From contig OX597821.1 in the NCBI GenBank assembly GCA_951406725.2, forward strand, positions 31,372,001-31,436,000: DNA of 64,000 nt, given 5' to 3'. A model generated the notes under the pieces. That model searched no databases. It worked only from the letters and a program-made list of their open reading frames with translations, and had not been told where the DNA came from. Positions 40,173-51,864 of the stretch are shown piece after piece (within the stretch, counting starts at the first letter, position 1; every line of letters begins with the position of its first letter). The DNA comes from Octopus vulgaris. Taxonomy: Eukaryota. A program made the position numbers and the translations under genes.

Positions 40173-41542
40173 CTAATCCCAATGTAGTCCTTTCCCTCCA
40201 GGGAACGAAGGTGCATGTGGACGTTGCAATGTCTTGTCTTCTGTATATACTTCTGTATATACGAGGTTCCTAGCTGTCCGTTTGGGCGAAAACATGAAAA
40301 CATCATTGCGCCTCCCAACGCGTGAACAGCCCACGTAGAGTTGACCGTGGGCGAAGCACTGTTCGCCCAAATGTAACCCAGCGACTTGTAGCGTTTGGCC
40401 TTGGGATTTATTGATGGACATTGCGAAGCAGAGTTTAACAGGAAACTGAGAACGCCTGAAGTGGATTGGTAGGTCAGCGCCCGACGGTTGAAGGTGCATC
40501 CGTGGAATGAAGACGTCCTCTCCCTTCCCACAACCGGTAAGTATTGTGGCCGTTATTAAATGTGGTGCCAAATGTTTCACAACCAAACGTGTGCCGTTGC
40601 ACTGTTTAGGTGGAACCAAATTCCTGATGAGCATAATGGGCGCACCGACTTTTAACGTCAGGATGTGTGGTGGCAGGCCTGGCGGTTCAAGTGAATTCAG
40701 GAATTCAACAGGATAATCGGCAAGCTGGGCGGGGTCTGCTGTCCTATCTATAGATTTGTAGACGTGGACATCACCAGGAATAGCTTCAAGTAGCTGGATA
40801 TTGATGGAGTTGACGGTTGTATTTTTGGGTGCGAGAATAGCTCTGCCAGCCATTTTAGGTCGCGTAAATTGTTTTGTAGGTCGTGGAAGACAGCGTCCCG
40901 GAGGCTAGCAGGGGTGTCGACAATGGTGCAAAGTGAGTCCAATTGAACGTAGCCATCCGCATCAGACAGCATCCTATTTTCACCGAGCGATAAGAGGTCC
41001 CTGGAGAATGCAGCGGATCCGCTGTCACCAATTAACTGCGCGCGCATGTTAGTTTGGAGGTGCAAGGGCCGCACATGTGCCCAAAGAGCTGACGACTTAA
41101 GGCACGCGCGCACGGCATCGGCACGGGTTCCTTTTGGAATAACAGGTAGAGTCTGCCTGAAGTCTCCTGAAAGAAGTAAAGTTAATCCTCCCATGGGGGC
41201 CGTAGAGTCTCTGATGTCTTGCAGGGACCTGTCCAGTGCCTCAAGGGCGCCTTTGTGTGCCATAGTGCACTCGTCCCATACGATGAGTTTGCATCTGCGC
41301 AGAATGTCGGCCAGTTCTGAGTTCTTGGCGATGTTGCAGATAGGTGACTCGGACTTTGCCAGATCGAGCGGGAGTCTGAAGGCAGAGTGGGCGGTTCTGC
41401 CACCCGGAAGCAACGTGGCCGCGATACCAGAGGAAGCTACAGCCAGGGCAATGTCCGTGTTGCGGCTGACCTCTGCCAGAATTAGTTTAGTGACGAAGGT
41501 TTTGCCAGTGCCGCCGGGTGCATCAAGGAAGAAAACCCCCAC
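40173..41542 (-). pseudogene. Helitron PIF1-family (SF1B) helicase domain split by two frameshifts
   Basis: ORF 40748-41542 has DAPGGTGKTF, VASSGIAA, IVWDECTM and GDFRQTLPV. ORF 40173-40853 has RAILAPKN, CNGTRL, QFPVKLCFAMSINKSQGQTL and HGQLYVGCSRV. Frameshifts at ~41535 (+1) and ~40842 (-1). Confidence 0.92.
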
Positions 41543-44500
41543 GTTGCTGTCTGACAGAGTCTACGATGGTGTTGTAGGCTATGCGCTGGTCTGGAAGCAG
41601 CCGTGGTTCATTATCTTGGACGTACTGGTGCAGTTCCTCAATGCAGTAGGAAGTTTCGCGTAACAATTCAGCAGACATAACATTGGCGTGTTCACGTGTG
41701 GGTGGTGGAAGGCCGTACTCTGTTAAAGCAGACCCACCCATATCGATGACAGCGTCTTCGAGTTGAATGAGCGCAAAATTGTAAATGAAGTTGGTGAACG
41801 TGATCTCGGCGGAAGGGCAGTGTTGCTGAGCCGTACGTAAGAAGTCGTGCGACATGTCATCCCTGTATTTCATCCAGAGACTTAGTGGATCACTAAGCTG
41901 ACATTTTTGAAGAATGATTGCGAAAAGATGTCGTAGGGCCGAATGCGTTTGCAGTAAAGCACCCTCTGCCATCGTGGCGTCCCACTGGGAGTCATCCTCT
42001 AGAAGGCCAAGTCTCATACATGCTTCCCTGAAGGTGTCGCACAGAACCCCATTGACGGTACGTATATTGGCGAAACCTGTTGGACCAGTGACCTCATGTA
42101 GAAGGAGACGGAGGTAGAAGCATTCTTGCTGGTTTGGCGGGATGTTGTAAACTCGACCCAGGCAGGAGTCAAACTTGACGCCTGGGAAGCTTTCGACGTT
42201 TTTGCCGGATTTCCGTCGAACCCAGGTGTTTTTAGACCACACGAAGTACGATGGGACCTGTGGGTACAAAAGCGTTCGAGCGAAGTCATCACGTTGGCAT
42301 AATTTGAAGAAACCAGTCAACGTTGTGTCTTTAGGGCTGGTGGCTATCTGCACAGCACTTTGCTCTGTGAAGTAAATCTGCTGTCCATTTTCCAAGTGTA
42401 CAGCAAGCTGCACCACAGCCGGGTGTCTCTGATGGAGCGGGAAGCCGTAAATGCGCCAAAATGCTTCGTTGCTGCTGAGGTACCGGCCAGCCAAGTAGTT
42501 GGACACTTCGTCGCGACTGGTGGTACTCTGGATGCTGAACATGGCAGCATCGCTGCCTTTGTTGATATATTTGCAGACATATTGTATTGACCTGATGGAA
42601 CTGCAGAACTCAACGTTGACGTGGGCTTTGAATATCTTCGACAGGAGAGGACAGTAGGGGACAACGTAGCTGTTGTCCACTTGATGTCGCCCAACCGTAA
42701 TCGTGCGGCCTCCATTGGCTGGACTCCTTCGTTTGTACAGCGGATACCCATCGCCGCCTGTTTGAGTCTCCAAAGTGAACCGTTTAGGGAATCCCTTTGA
42801 GCAGGCTAATCCGTTTTTGTAGCATGGTGTGTTGGCGTAATTTGGTCTACAGGGCCCGTGTACCATGGTAGTGCGGACAATTTCGTAGAGTCCGGGGTCC
42901 TCATCGGGGTCAGGAATCTCGGCGGAAATGAATTTGTCAATGTCATTAGTCTCGATTTTATGAGTGAGCCAAATTAAGATGTGAGCATGTGGCAAGCCCC
43001 TCTTTTGCCACTCGACCGAAAACATGTGGCACCTGACATGCCCGAAAATCTGACCCTTAACTATCAAATCCTTCATTTTGCCCAAATTCAGACGGAAAAC
43101 CCTAGCAACGATGTCGTGTCGATGGGTGTGAGATTGACCCGGGAGGAGTTCGCGAGTGATTTCGTCGCAGCTGGGATTGCACGTGTAGGTGATAAAGAGG
43201 TCCGGCCGGCCGTAAATGCGCACGTAGGTCAAGGCGTCTTGGGTCCTTTCACGCATATATCGCGGTCCTCCCGTGAAGGTGGAGGGTAGAATGCATGGCT
43301 TGCCGATGTTGCGAGGGTCATTTTCTTGTTGCAAACCGTCACGGAGATGAATGTAGGAGTCGGAGCGAAGTTTGGTATGATTAAGTTTAATGTATAGCAG
43401 CCTTTCCGATTCCATTTTTGCGGCCATGTCGACGGCGAACTGGTTGAATAGCTGACGACAACGGGGCAATAAGTTGAACTCACCCTCCCTGACCATGAAC
43501 CGGTATGAGTAGAACGCCCTGCAGGAAACCGTCTTTGATGCCGCAGTAGTTTGATTGGAGGGCTGCCGTAAAGGAATTCCGAAGTGGTAGCCGTCTTCCC
43601 CATAAGGGAAAAGCAATGGATACTGAAGCGCGTCATAAGATCTGTGAGTCTCGCTGATCCTGTGTAGGTTGTTACCACGGGAGGAGATGATTATGTCACG
43701 GCTGTTGTGTTGCTCTCCGTGTATAACTGCGGCAATTTCGTTGCACGCACGTGCGTTGAAACGGCGTTCGTGCTCCCCGTGGGGTCGTTTATCAGCATCA
43801 ATGACAACGGTGAAGTTTGGAGATGGAGCACTGTCCAAGGCATATCTGAAGCTGCAGACGTAGCTGTTGATATCATGAAGCATGGTTTGGAGACGGAGAA
43901 GAATGTTTTTGCGGGGAACATAGCTTGTACCCGGTATTATTCCAAGGCGTGCATCAACCTGGTGGTTGTAGTCGGCAATGAAGTATATTTGGAGGAAAGA
44001 AGACTGCTGAATCTCGTCTGGCAGAAGTGACCCAATAAGATGGTAGACCTGTCCCTGCACTTTGAAAGTAGGCATCCAGCCTTCTCTGGGAGGAATTTTG
44101 GCCCCGAAAGAGGTAATTTGGAATGAGCAGTTGTACTTTCGAATTATTTCAAGGAATTGTGACGAATCGGGGGTTAAACCCGCCGCGAGATCCTTCAGTG
44201 GTTGAGGTGGTTCCCGTAGGGGTGGCAGGTCCACTTTACCACCAGAGCAGCACAAACCAGGTGGCTCTCCGGGCCATTTCTTGGCTTTGCAAAACTGGCA
44301 TACAATTGTCATTGACCCTATCTTGATGTCGTCACGCAAGGAGAAGTTAATTGTGGCGTCGTAGTTGAATGCTAGTGACAACCAGAAAGCGGGGGCAGGG
44401 GTACGTACACCACGAATGATATCCCGACGTCTGTTGATACTCTCAAGTCGAGTGCACCGTGCCTCAGCAGATTCAGATGCACGTGCGACAGCGGTAGCAG

Positions 44501-45104
44501 TGGCATCCCTTGAAAGCCTTTCAGCTCTCGCCTCAGCACCCTCTGAAGCCCTAGCAGAAGCAGTGTTAATGGCATGTCTGGATGTCCGAATAGTCCGTTG
44601 GTGTGGAGTTTCGGCAGATCGAGCCCTGGCTGTGTTTGCGGCGTTAGCAGCTTGGCGAGCTCTCCTCTGTTGAGGTGTTTCGGCAGCTTTGGCCATGGCT
44701 TTGTTTGCGGCGTCAGCATCTTGGCGAGTTCTCCTCTGCTGTGAGGTTTCGACAGATCGTGTCCTGGCAGTGCTAGTGGCGTTAGCCGCATTCCGAATGG
44801 CCCTTTGTTCGGGGTTCTCGCGAGCTCTGCGGATGGAAGCACAGTAAGAAGCCCGCTTGTTTTGGCTGGACTGTTGCTCTTTCGTCAACCTCGAGCGGAG
44901 GGAAGATCTGTACGCTGCGACCCTTGCAAGTCGGGTAGAACGGTCGCTAGTAGTTTCAGATGCCTGAGCAGCGGCATAACGGGAAGCTGTTTGCGAGAGG
45001 CGCAAGGCGGTTTCCTCGTGGGTCTCGCGTGCCCTTCTAGCCCTAGCAGCCGATGCCTTGGCCGTCTGAGGACTGAGGAGGGTCCTTCTCTTCTTGGATG
45101 GCAT
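41523..45104 (-). CDS. Helitron Rep/helicase, N-terminal and Rep part (likely start MPSKKRR at 45104)
   Basis: Nine 23-aa ET..R..R repeats, Zn motif CQFCKAKKW...CCSGGK, HUH motif 1 DLFITYTCNP, motif 2 VEWQKRGLPHAHIL and motif 3 YVCKYINKG. Confidence 0.92.
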   Translation of the reverse strand: MPSKKRRTLLSPQTAKASAARARRARETHEETALRLSQTASRYAAAQASETTSDRSTRLARVAAYRSSLRSRLTKEQQSSQNKRASYCASIRRARENPEQRAIRNAANATSTARTRSVETSQQRRTRQDADAANKAMAKAAETPQQRRARQAANAANTARARSAETPHQRTIRTSRHAINTASARASEGAEARAERLSRDATATAVARASESAEARCTRLESINRRRDIIRGVRTPAPAFWLSLAFNYDATINFSLRDDIKIGSMTIVCQFCKAKKWPGEPPGLCCSGGKVDLPPLREPPQPLKDLAAGLTPDSSQFLEIIRKYNCSFQITSFGAKIPPREGWMPTFKVQGQVYHLIGSLLPDEIQQSSFLQIYFIADYNHQVDARLGIIPGTSYVPRKNILLRLQTMLHDINSYVCSFRYALDSAPSPNFTVVIDADKRPHGEHERRFNARACNEIAAVIHGEQHNSRDIIISSRGNNLHRISETHRSYDALQYPLLFPYGEDGYHFGIPLRQPSNQTTAASKTVSCRAFYSYRFMVREGEFNLLPRCRQLFNQFAVDMAAKMESERLLYIKLNHTKLRSDSYIHLRDGLQQENDPRNIGKPCILPSTFTGGPRYMRERTQDALTYVRIYGRPDLFITYTCNPSCDEITRELLPGQSHTHRHDIVARVFRLNLGKMKDLIVKGQIFGHVRCHMFSVEWQKRGLPHAHILIWLTHKIETNDIDKFISAEIPDPDEDPGLYEIVRTTMVHGPCRPNYANTPCYKNGLACSKGFPKRFTLETQTGGDGYPLYKRRSPANGGRTITVGRHQVDNSYVVPYCPLLSKIFKAHVNVEFCSSIRSIQYVCKYINKGSDAAMFSIQSTTSRDEVSNYLAGRYLSSNEAFWRIYGFPLHQRHPAVVQLAVHLENGQQIYFTEQSAVQIATSPKDTTLTGFFKLCQRDDFARTLLYPQVPSYFVWSKNTWVRRKSGKNVESFPGVKFDSCLGRVYNIPPNQQECFYLRLLLHEVTGPTGFANIRTVNGVLCDTFREACMRLGLLEDDSQWDATMAEGALLQTHSALRHLFAIILQKCQLSDPLSLWMKYRDDMSHDFLRTAQQHCPSAEITFTNFIYNFALIQLEDAVIDMGGSALTEYGLPPPTREHANVMSAELLRETSYCIEELHQYVQDNEPRLLPDQRIAYNTIVDSVRQQRGGFLP

Positions 45105-45225
45105 TTTGGTGGATAGCAATGTGTTTGGCAAAGGTGTAATAAAAAGGAACACGTGGGGTAAGTATTTTGGTGGATAGCAATGTGTTTGGTAAAGGTGTAA
45201 TAAAAAGGAGCTCGTGGGGTAAGTA
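45105..45225. repeat. Two ~60-bp tandem copies immediately upstream of the Helitron start codon
   Basis: tttggtggatagcaatgtgtttgg.aaaggtgtaataaaaagga..cgtggggtaagta occurs twice. Confidence 0.85.
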
Positions 45226-46493
45226 TCCGAAAATGTATAAAAATGTACAAAAACGGCCAAAAAGCTGGCAGCAATGTGAGTGACAACAACGAAAAAGTCA
45301 AAAGTGATCAAACTGAACAAACGAAAGGAAAAGTTTTTTGATGCACACGACAAAAGTGGTTTATAATAAACCAAGAGTTTGCAAGTAGCGTCCGAGGACC
45401 GTTAGGGTACGTCAAAAATTGAAGGTAAAACGTTTGGGGTGGTAGTTATAAAGAAAGTTTAAACCAAAAAAGTATTCGAATAACTTGCGGCTGCAGCAGC
45501 TATTAGCAGAAGTGGCGGTGTTGGGGGTAAAGTCTCGAATGTAATTTCTTCCTGGTAGGAATTGGTTGGATCGAATTATCGATAGCTAAAAAGGTCAAGT
45601 TGCGTCCCCTAGACAGTCTGGTTTGTGTTTAATACACAAATTTGTTTGCTATGTGTGCCACATATGATTAAATTAACCGATTTTTTCCAATAATGTATCC
45701 TATTGGAATAAAAAGGGCTATATAGCTCCTTGGAGCAGACATGATGCTCGTTGTGAAAAAAAAAAGATTCCTGCCAATTTGTGAAAGATATTGTCGAAAA
45801 TATGTCATCTTGAATTTGAACGCGATTTCCCAAAATGGCATGATTTTATCGATTGTTTCTGATGGTAAGGTATTGCATGGAAAACTAACGTCAGAATTGA
45901 GTTTCTTAGGGTAACATTAAGCTTCACCATGAGTTTGGTGAAAATCGATTGCAAGTTGTGAAAACTACCATAGATAATGCGTTGCATAAAAAAAGCTTAG
46001 ATTCTCGAGTTGCGTCCCCTAGACAGTCTGTGGTTCATGTTTATGATTCTCGACCCCATGTCGAATTTATCAATTTTTTTCAGAACTGGGGGAACTTTTC
46101 AAAATTTTCGCTGCGTTAGTTTTGAATTATGACATTGGGCTATGTGTGTGTCAAGTTTCATCAGAATCGGTTGAAAGCCGTGGTCAGGGTGAGGGTACGA
46201 GAAAACAGACACACAGAAGCACGCACAGACAAACTGCCGTTTATATATATATATATATATATATATGGATGAATGAATTATCCTTTGTTTACCCTTAACA
46301 TGTAAAATTAAATAAACAGTTACCAGGGTAGCAAAATTCACGCAAGTAACAAGGATGTAGCGACCTATTCAAAGGTAGAAACTCCGGGTTTATGTGCATG
46401 TGCAGTAATCTGTATAGTATAAGTAAATAAATGGAATTGAACGCATCTGTATTCAACTCCATTTATTTACTTATATATATATATATATATATA

Positions 46494-48341
46494 TAACAAT
46501 TTAGGAGTGACCTTAACAGGCCATTCGTCCACCAGAAAGAGCAGCCATAACTCACACCGCCAAGTAGTAGTAATTCAGAAATTAGGTGAAAATTTAAAAA
46601 CATTTACCCTAATTCATCTTTTAGACGATGCATCGTTTCTGTGTCATTAATGATTAAATTAGCTTAATTAAATTAAATTAAGCTAATCTACCATAGGTTA
46701 CACTTCATCAGTAAAAAACCTGGGAGAGACAAATATACACGAGGCGTCTGTATCGATGCCTCCGGAATATCTGTCTTAAAATTTTCAAGACTGACGTATT
46801 CGCGCCAAACTTATCAGCAGTAAATATAAACTGCCGATTCAATCTCAGAATTATTCAGAAAATTATCAATTAGTCAATTTAGGGTAGCAAAAAAATTCAA
46901 TAGAAATTTATCGCTACCAGCGGCCTAGTGGAAAAGAGAAAATAGTCAACGACTAAATATATAAATATAACAATTTAGGAGTGACCTTAACAGGCCATTC
47001 GTCCACCAGAAAGAGCAGCCATAACTCACACCGCCAAGTAGTAGTAATTCAGAAATTAGGTGAAAATTTAAAAACATTTACCCTAATTCATCTTTTAGAC
47101 GATGCATCGTTTCTGTGTCATTAATGATTAAATTAGCTTAATTAAATTAAATTAAGCTAATCTACCATAGGTTACACTTCATCAGTAAAAAATCTGGGAG
47201 AGACAAATATACACGAGGCGTCTGTATCGATGCCTCCGGAATATCTGTCTTAAAATTTTCAAGACTGACGTATTCGCGCCAAACGTATCAGCAGTAAATA
47301 TAAACTGCCGATTCAATCTCAGAATTATTCAGAAAATTATCAATTAGTCAATTTAGGGTAGCAAAAAATTCAATAGAAATTTATCGCTACCAGCGGCCTA
47401 GTGGAAAAGAGAAAATAGTCAACGACTAAATATATAAATATAACAATTTAGGAGTGACCTTAACAGGCCATTCGTCCACCAGAAAGAGCAGCCATAACTC
47501 ACACCGCCAAGTAGTAGTAATTCAGAAATTAGGTGAAAATTTAAAAACATTTACCCTAATTCATCTTTTAGACGATGCATCGTTTCTGTATCATTAATGA
47601 TTAAATTAGCTTAATTAAATTAAATTAAGCTAATCTACCATAGGTTACACTTCATCAGTAAAAAACCTGGGAGAGACAAATATACACGAGGCGTCTGTAT
47701 CGATGCCTCCGGAATATCTGTCTTAAAATTTTCAAGACTGGCCTGTTAAGGTCACTCCTAAATTGTTATATTTATATATTTAGTCGTTGACTATTTTCTC
47801 TTTTCCACTAGGCCGCTGGTAGCGATAAATTTCTATTGAATTTTTTTGCTACCCTAAATTGACTAATTGATATTTTTCTGAATAATTCTGAGATTGAATC
47901 GGCAGTTTATATTTACTGCTGATAAGTTTGGCGCGAATACGTCAGTCTTGAAAATTTTAAGACAGATATTCCGGAGGCATCGATACAGACGCCTCGTGTA
48001 TATTTGTCTCTCCCAGGTTTTTTACTGATGAAGTGTAACCTATGGTAGATTAGCTTAATTTAATTTAATTAAGCTAATTTAATCATTAATGACACAGAAA
48101 CGATGCATCGTCTAAAAGATGAATTAGGGTAAATGTTTTTAAATTTTCACCTAATTTCTGAATTACTACTACTTGGCGGTGTGAGTTATGGCTGCTCTTT
48201 CTGGTGGACGAATGGCCTGTTAAGGTCACTCCTAAATTGTTATATTTATATATTTAGTCGTTGACTATTTTCTCTTTTCCACTAGGCCGCTGGTAGCGAT
48301 AAATTTCTCTTGAATTTTTTTGCTACCCTAAATTGACTAAT
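46494..48341. mobile_element. 474-bp hammerhead-bearing multimer: ~2.6 direct copies plus ~1.3 inverted copies (retrozyme / Penelope pLTR-like)
   Basis: Units start at 46494, 46968 and 47441. Inversion at ~47740. Copies are nearly identical, with no ORF of 60 aa or more and (TA)n on both flanks. One HHR per unit. Confidence 0.9.
48018..48118 (+). ncRNA. Type I hammerhead ribozyme (near-identical copies on - at 46618-46718, 47092-47192, 47565-47665)
   Basis: ttttta-CTGATGA-a-gtgt[long AU-rich stem]acac-a-GAAA-cgatgcatc-GTC-taaaag: intact core, palindromic stem III, GUC site. Confidence 0.85.
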
Positions 48342-48455
48342 ATATATATATATATATACGTATACTTACACATATAAATCCCTAAATATATGTTATTTTG
48401 TTACTGTATGCATGTAAATCAATCTGTACATGAGGATGAAGTTTCTTTAATATAT

Positions 48456-48539
<84 letters not shown>

Positions 48540-48589
48540 AAATAAACCACGTGGGGACATACGAAATTCCTCTTTTCTGTTACGACTAC

Positions 48590-48654
<65 letters not shown>

Positions 48655-49107
48655 GGGCAAATGTGTATGTGTGTGTATGTAGGGGTACGTACATACACAC
48701 ATATGTTTGTGTTTGTCTATGTACATGTATGTTTACATGCTTGTGTGAGTGTAGACGTCGTGAACGCGGGAAGTTTATTTCAATGTATATTAATAATATG
48801 GTTGCGTATATTTTTTATAACTTTTTCTATGTTTGTACATATGAAGTTCTATTTTATTCTACAGCTTTTCATAGCGTCTCTTGCCATTAAGAGCCAACGA
48901 GAATATATCGTAGCTCTTCTTCTCCGACATTCGAACCTCCGAGTACTAACACGACAATTGTTTACTGTTTGCTTTAAAGTATAATATATGAAAATAATCC
49001 TCTATATCTATAAAATCAGTCTCGTTCTTTTTTTGCTTACTTTTATTATTACTATTATTATTATTGTTGTTCTTATCATCATCATCATCATCATTATTAT
49101 TATTATA

Positions 49108-49654
49108 GAGAGCAGTGCATGTCATCGAAGTGACACTGGGGTAAAATATACGAAGCCCAGTATACCCATCATGACTACCTGTCTGATAAGGATACACCAG
49201 GCACATGCATCACAACCATATGTGCGCGACATGGTGATCTCATATCAAGATAAACAGCACATGACCTTACAGGTGGGGCCCAGTTAGAATTTTCTTCTGG
49301 TCGAGTAACCCATCCTGCTCAAAAGGTCCCTGATAAGGGTTGCTTAAGAATGTTGAACGAAACCACCCATGTTTCCAGAGGTGAATTATTCAAACCCCAA
49401 ACAATCCCTCTCAACAAATGGCTATGATTCTCCCCCACTACTTTTGCTTGTGAATCAGACATGCACATATCGTCAGCCACTAAGGGACATGCTCAACTGG
49501 TTAAGGTCAAACAACTGACAGGCAAATATGTGGTATTCAGCAGAATATTTGCTGTAGCTCATCTTTTATACAAAGACAAAATGTACATGATAACACTTCC
49601 AATTAGTTAAGATCAGAAGCCATGAGAGCCACTGCTTGGTACTGCATCAGGGCA
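49108..49654. mobile_element. ~550-bp non-coding insert between (ATT)n tracts (unclassified interspersed repeat)
   Basis: GC-richer block with sharp boundaries at ATC/ATT and TTA microsatellites and no coding motif. Confidence 0.5.
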
Positions 49655-49667
49655 TTTATTATTGTTG

Positions 49668-49722
<55 letters not shown>

Positions 49723-49726
<4 letters not shown>

Positions 49727-50581
49727 TAGTTTTATTTTTATAGCGTGCCTTCACTTCACTACCGAGCGCAGTCTGTGTGCCTTGGGTATGTGCTGTGATT
49801 TGTTGTGATGCTCTGATGGTTATTGTATGGAAAGTGTTCTGCGTAGGATGTGTGCAGTGCCTAGTAGTGCAATTTTCTGTATGTTATATGTGTTTGTAAG
49901 TCCTGGTGTTTTTGTTATGTATTTGTATGAATATTTTTTTATCATGCCTAATGCATCTACTATGATAGGAATTGTTTCTGTTTTCAGATTCCACATTCTA
50001 GTTACCTCTATTTCCAGGTCTTTGTATTTTGAGAGTTTCTCCATTTCTTTTAGAGACACGTTGTCATCTGCCGGTATTGATACATCAATTAGAAAGCATT
50101 TTTTTCTTCATGATCTCTGACAACTATATCTGGTCTGTTGGCCTTAATTTCTCTATCTGTGTGTATCGGCATATCCCAGGGTATGGTTGCTTTCTCGTTT
50201 TCTGTGACCTTTTCTGGTGTGTGCCTATACCATCTTTATTCTGTTGTTATTCCATAATGTTGGCATAGCTTCCAATGTATGTAGGTTCCAACTCTGTCAT
50301 GTCTGTGAATATATTCCTTCTTAGCAAGGACTGGGCAGCTAGAGATAATATGATTTATTGTTTCTTGTCCATCTCCACATATTCTGCAGTTACTTGTAAT
50401 ATTTCTTTTCATTACATGTTTTTGGTAATTTCTGGTGGGGAGGCTTTGGTCTTGTGCTGCAATTAAAAATCCCTCTGTTTCTGCTTTGAGTCCTGAGCTT
50501 CTCAACCATTGCTGGGATTTTACTTTGTCTATTTCTTTTGCGTTTAGTTTAGTGCAGTATTTACCATGAAGGGGCTTTTCT
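49723..50581 (-). mobile_element. Second 5'-truncated copy of the R4/Dong LINE
   Basis: Closely similar to 26519-27378 (CCHC, RLE, 3' UTR). The 3' end lies in (TAA)n. Confidence 0.92.
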
Positions 50582-50789
50582 GTCTCCGATAAAGAACATA
50601 CATTTCGCTAGAAGTAATTAAGCGGAAACTGATTAAGTAATATAGTTTTAGAAAATCTTTGGCATTCACCGAACTATCGAGAATTAAGTAATTAAAGTTA
50701 ATTAATTCTAGAAATTGCAGCAAATGTAAATTGAAATATATGTAACGTTACTATAGGTATATACGTTACTATACTAAATGTATGCAGTA

Positions 50790-51295
<506 letters not shown>

Positions 51296-51318
51296 TTATT
51301 ATTATTATTATTATTATT

Positions 51319-51768
51319 GCCTTCTTTCTTCAAATTTTCTTCCGTTTCTCGCCGAGTGTTCTCCGTACACCTAGGGCAGAGAAGCTTATTGTATGCATTC
51401 CCAGATTACGCACGCAAATTTACAGGTAAAATATATATTTAAAAAATTAAGAACTAATTAAATAAATTCATGAATCGATGTTGTTTTCACAGCGATAATG
51501 CTCTTCTCTGTACATGAGCTGTTCCAATTAACACGAATTTTTGCACTTCCTGTAGGGATGGTAAGCTTTTTATCATTTTCAAATTGGTTTCAGTACATTT
51601 TTTTAATCATTCCTAGAAATCCTACAATCACTGGTACTGTAGTCGCCTTGAAATGCCACACGTTTTTCAATTTCTATTAGCAAGTCTTTATATTTACTGG
51701 TCTTGTCAAATTCTTTCGCCACTATATTGTGATCGCAAGGAATGCTCATGTCAGTTAATAAACACATC
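51319..51768 (-). mobile_element. Diverged R4/Dong-like 3' fragment (second subfamily)
   Basis: The minus strand encodes DMSIPCDHNIVAKEFDKTSKYKDLLIEI...VPVIVGFLGMIKK...GTAHVQRRALS, parallel to the Dong C-terminus. It lies between (TTA)n tracts. Confidence 0.75.
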
Positions 51769-51806
51769 TTTTATTATTATTATTATTATTATTATTATAA
51801 ATATCA

Positions 51807-51864
<58 letters not shown>

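Larger units (their letters stand above)
40118..46269 (-). mobile_element. Helitron, near full length
   Basis: 3' end CTAG at 40118-40121 followed by T, with subterminal hairpin cccgg-gcaacg-ccggg (40130-40145). Rep and PIF1 ORFs present. The 5' end is shared with 51040-51295. The exact 5' TC is obscured by a (TA)n tract and lies at 46250-46269. Confidence 0.95.

Noticed and set aside
41525-41545. Programmed -1 frameshift at G GGT TTT between Helitron Rep and helicase
   Set aside because: The heptamer looks slippery, but the helicase lies in the +1 frame. A -1 slip gives GFSSLM, not FFLDAPGG.
45105-45374. First 90 aa of the 1283-aa ORF as part of the Helitron protein
   Set aside because: It has a non-ATG start and crosses a 60-bp tandem repeat. 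The ATG at 45104 (MPSKKRR) is the more plausible start.
46150-46175. Hammerhead core CTGATGA on the minus strand of the Helitron 5' end (also ~51200)
   Set aside because: No stem II followed by GAAA, and no stem I or III.
46494-48341. CRISPR array or ordinary satellite
   Set aside because: There are no unique spacers or cas genes. The few long units carry an inversion and a hammerhead, which fits a retro-derived multimer better.
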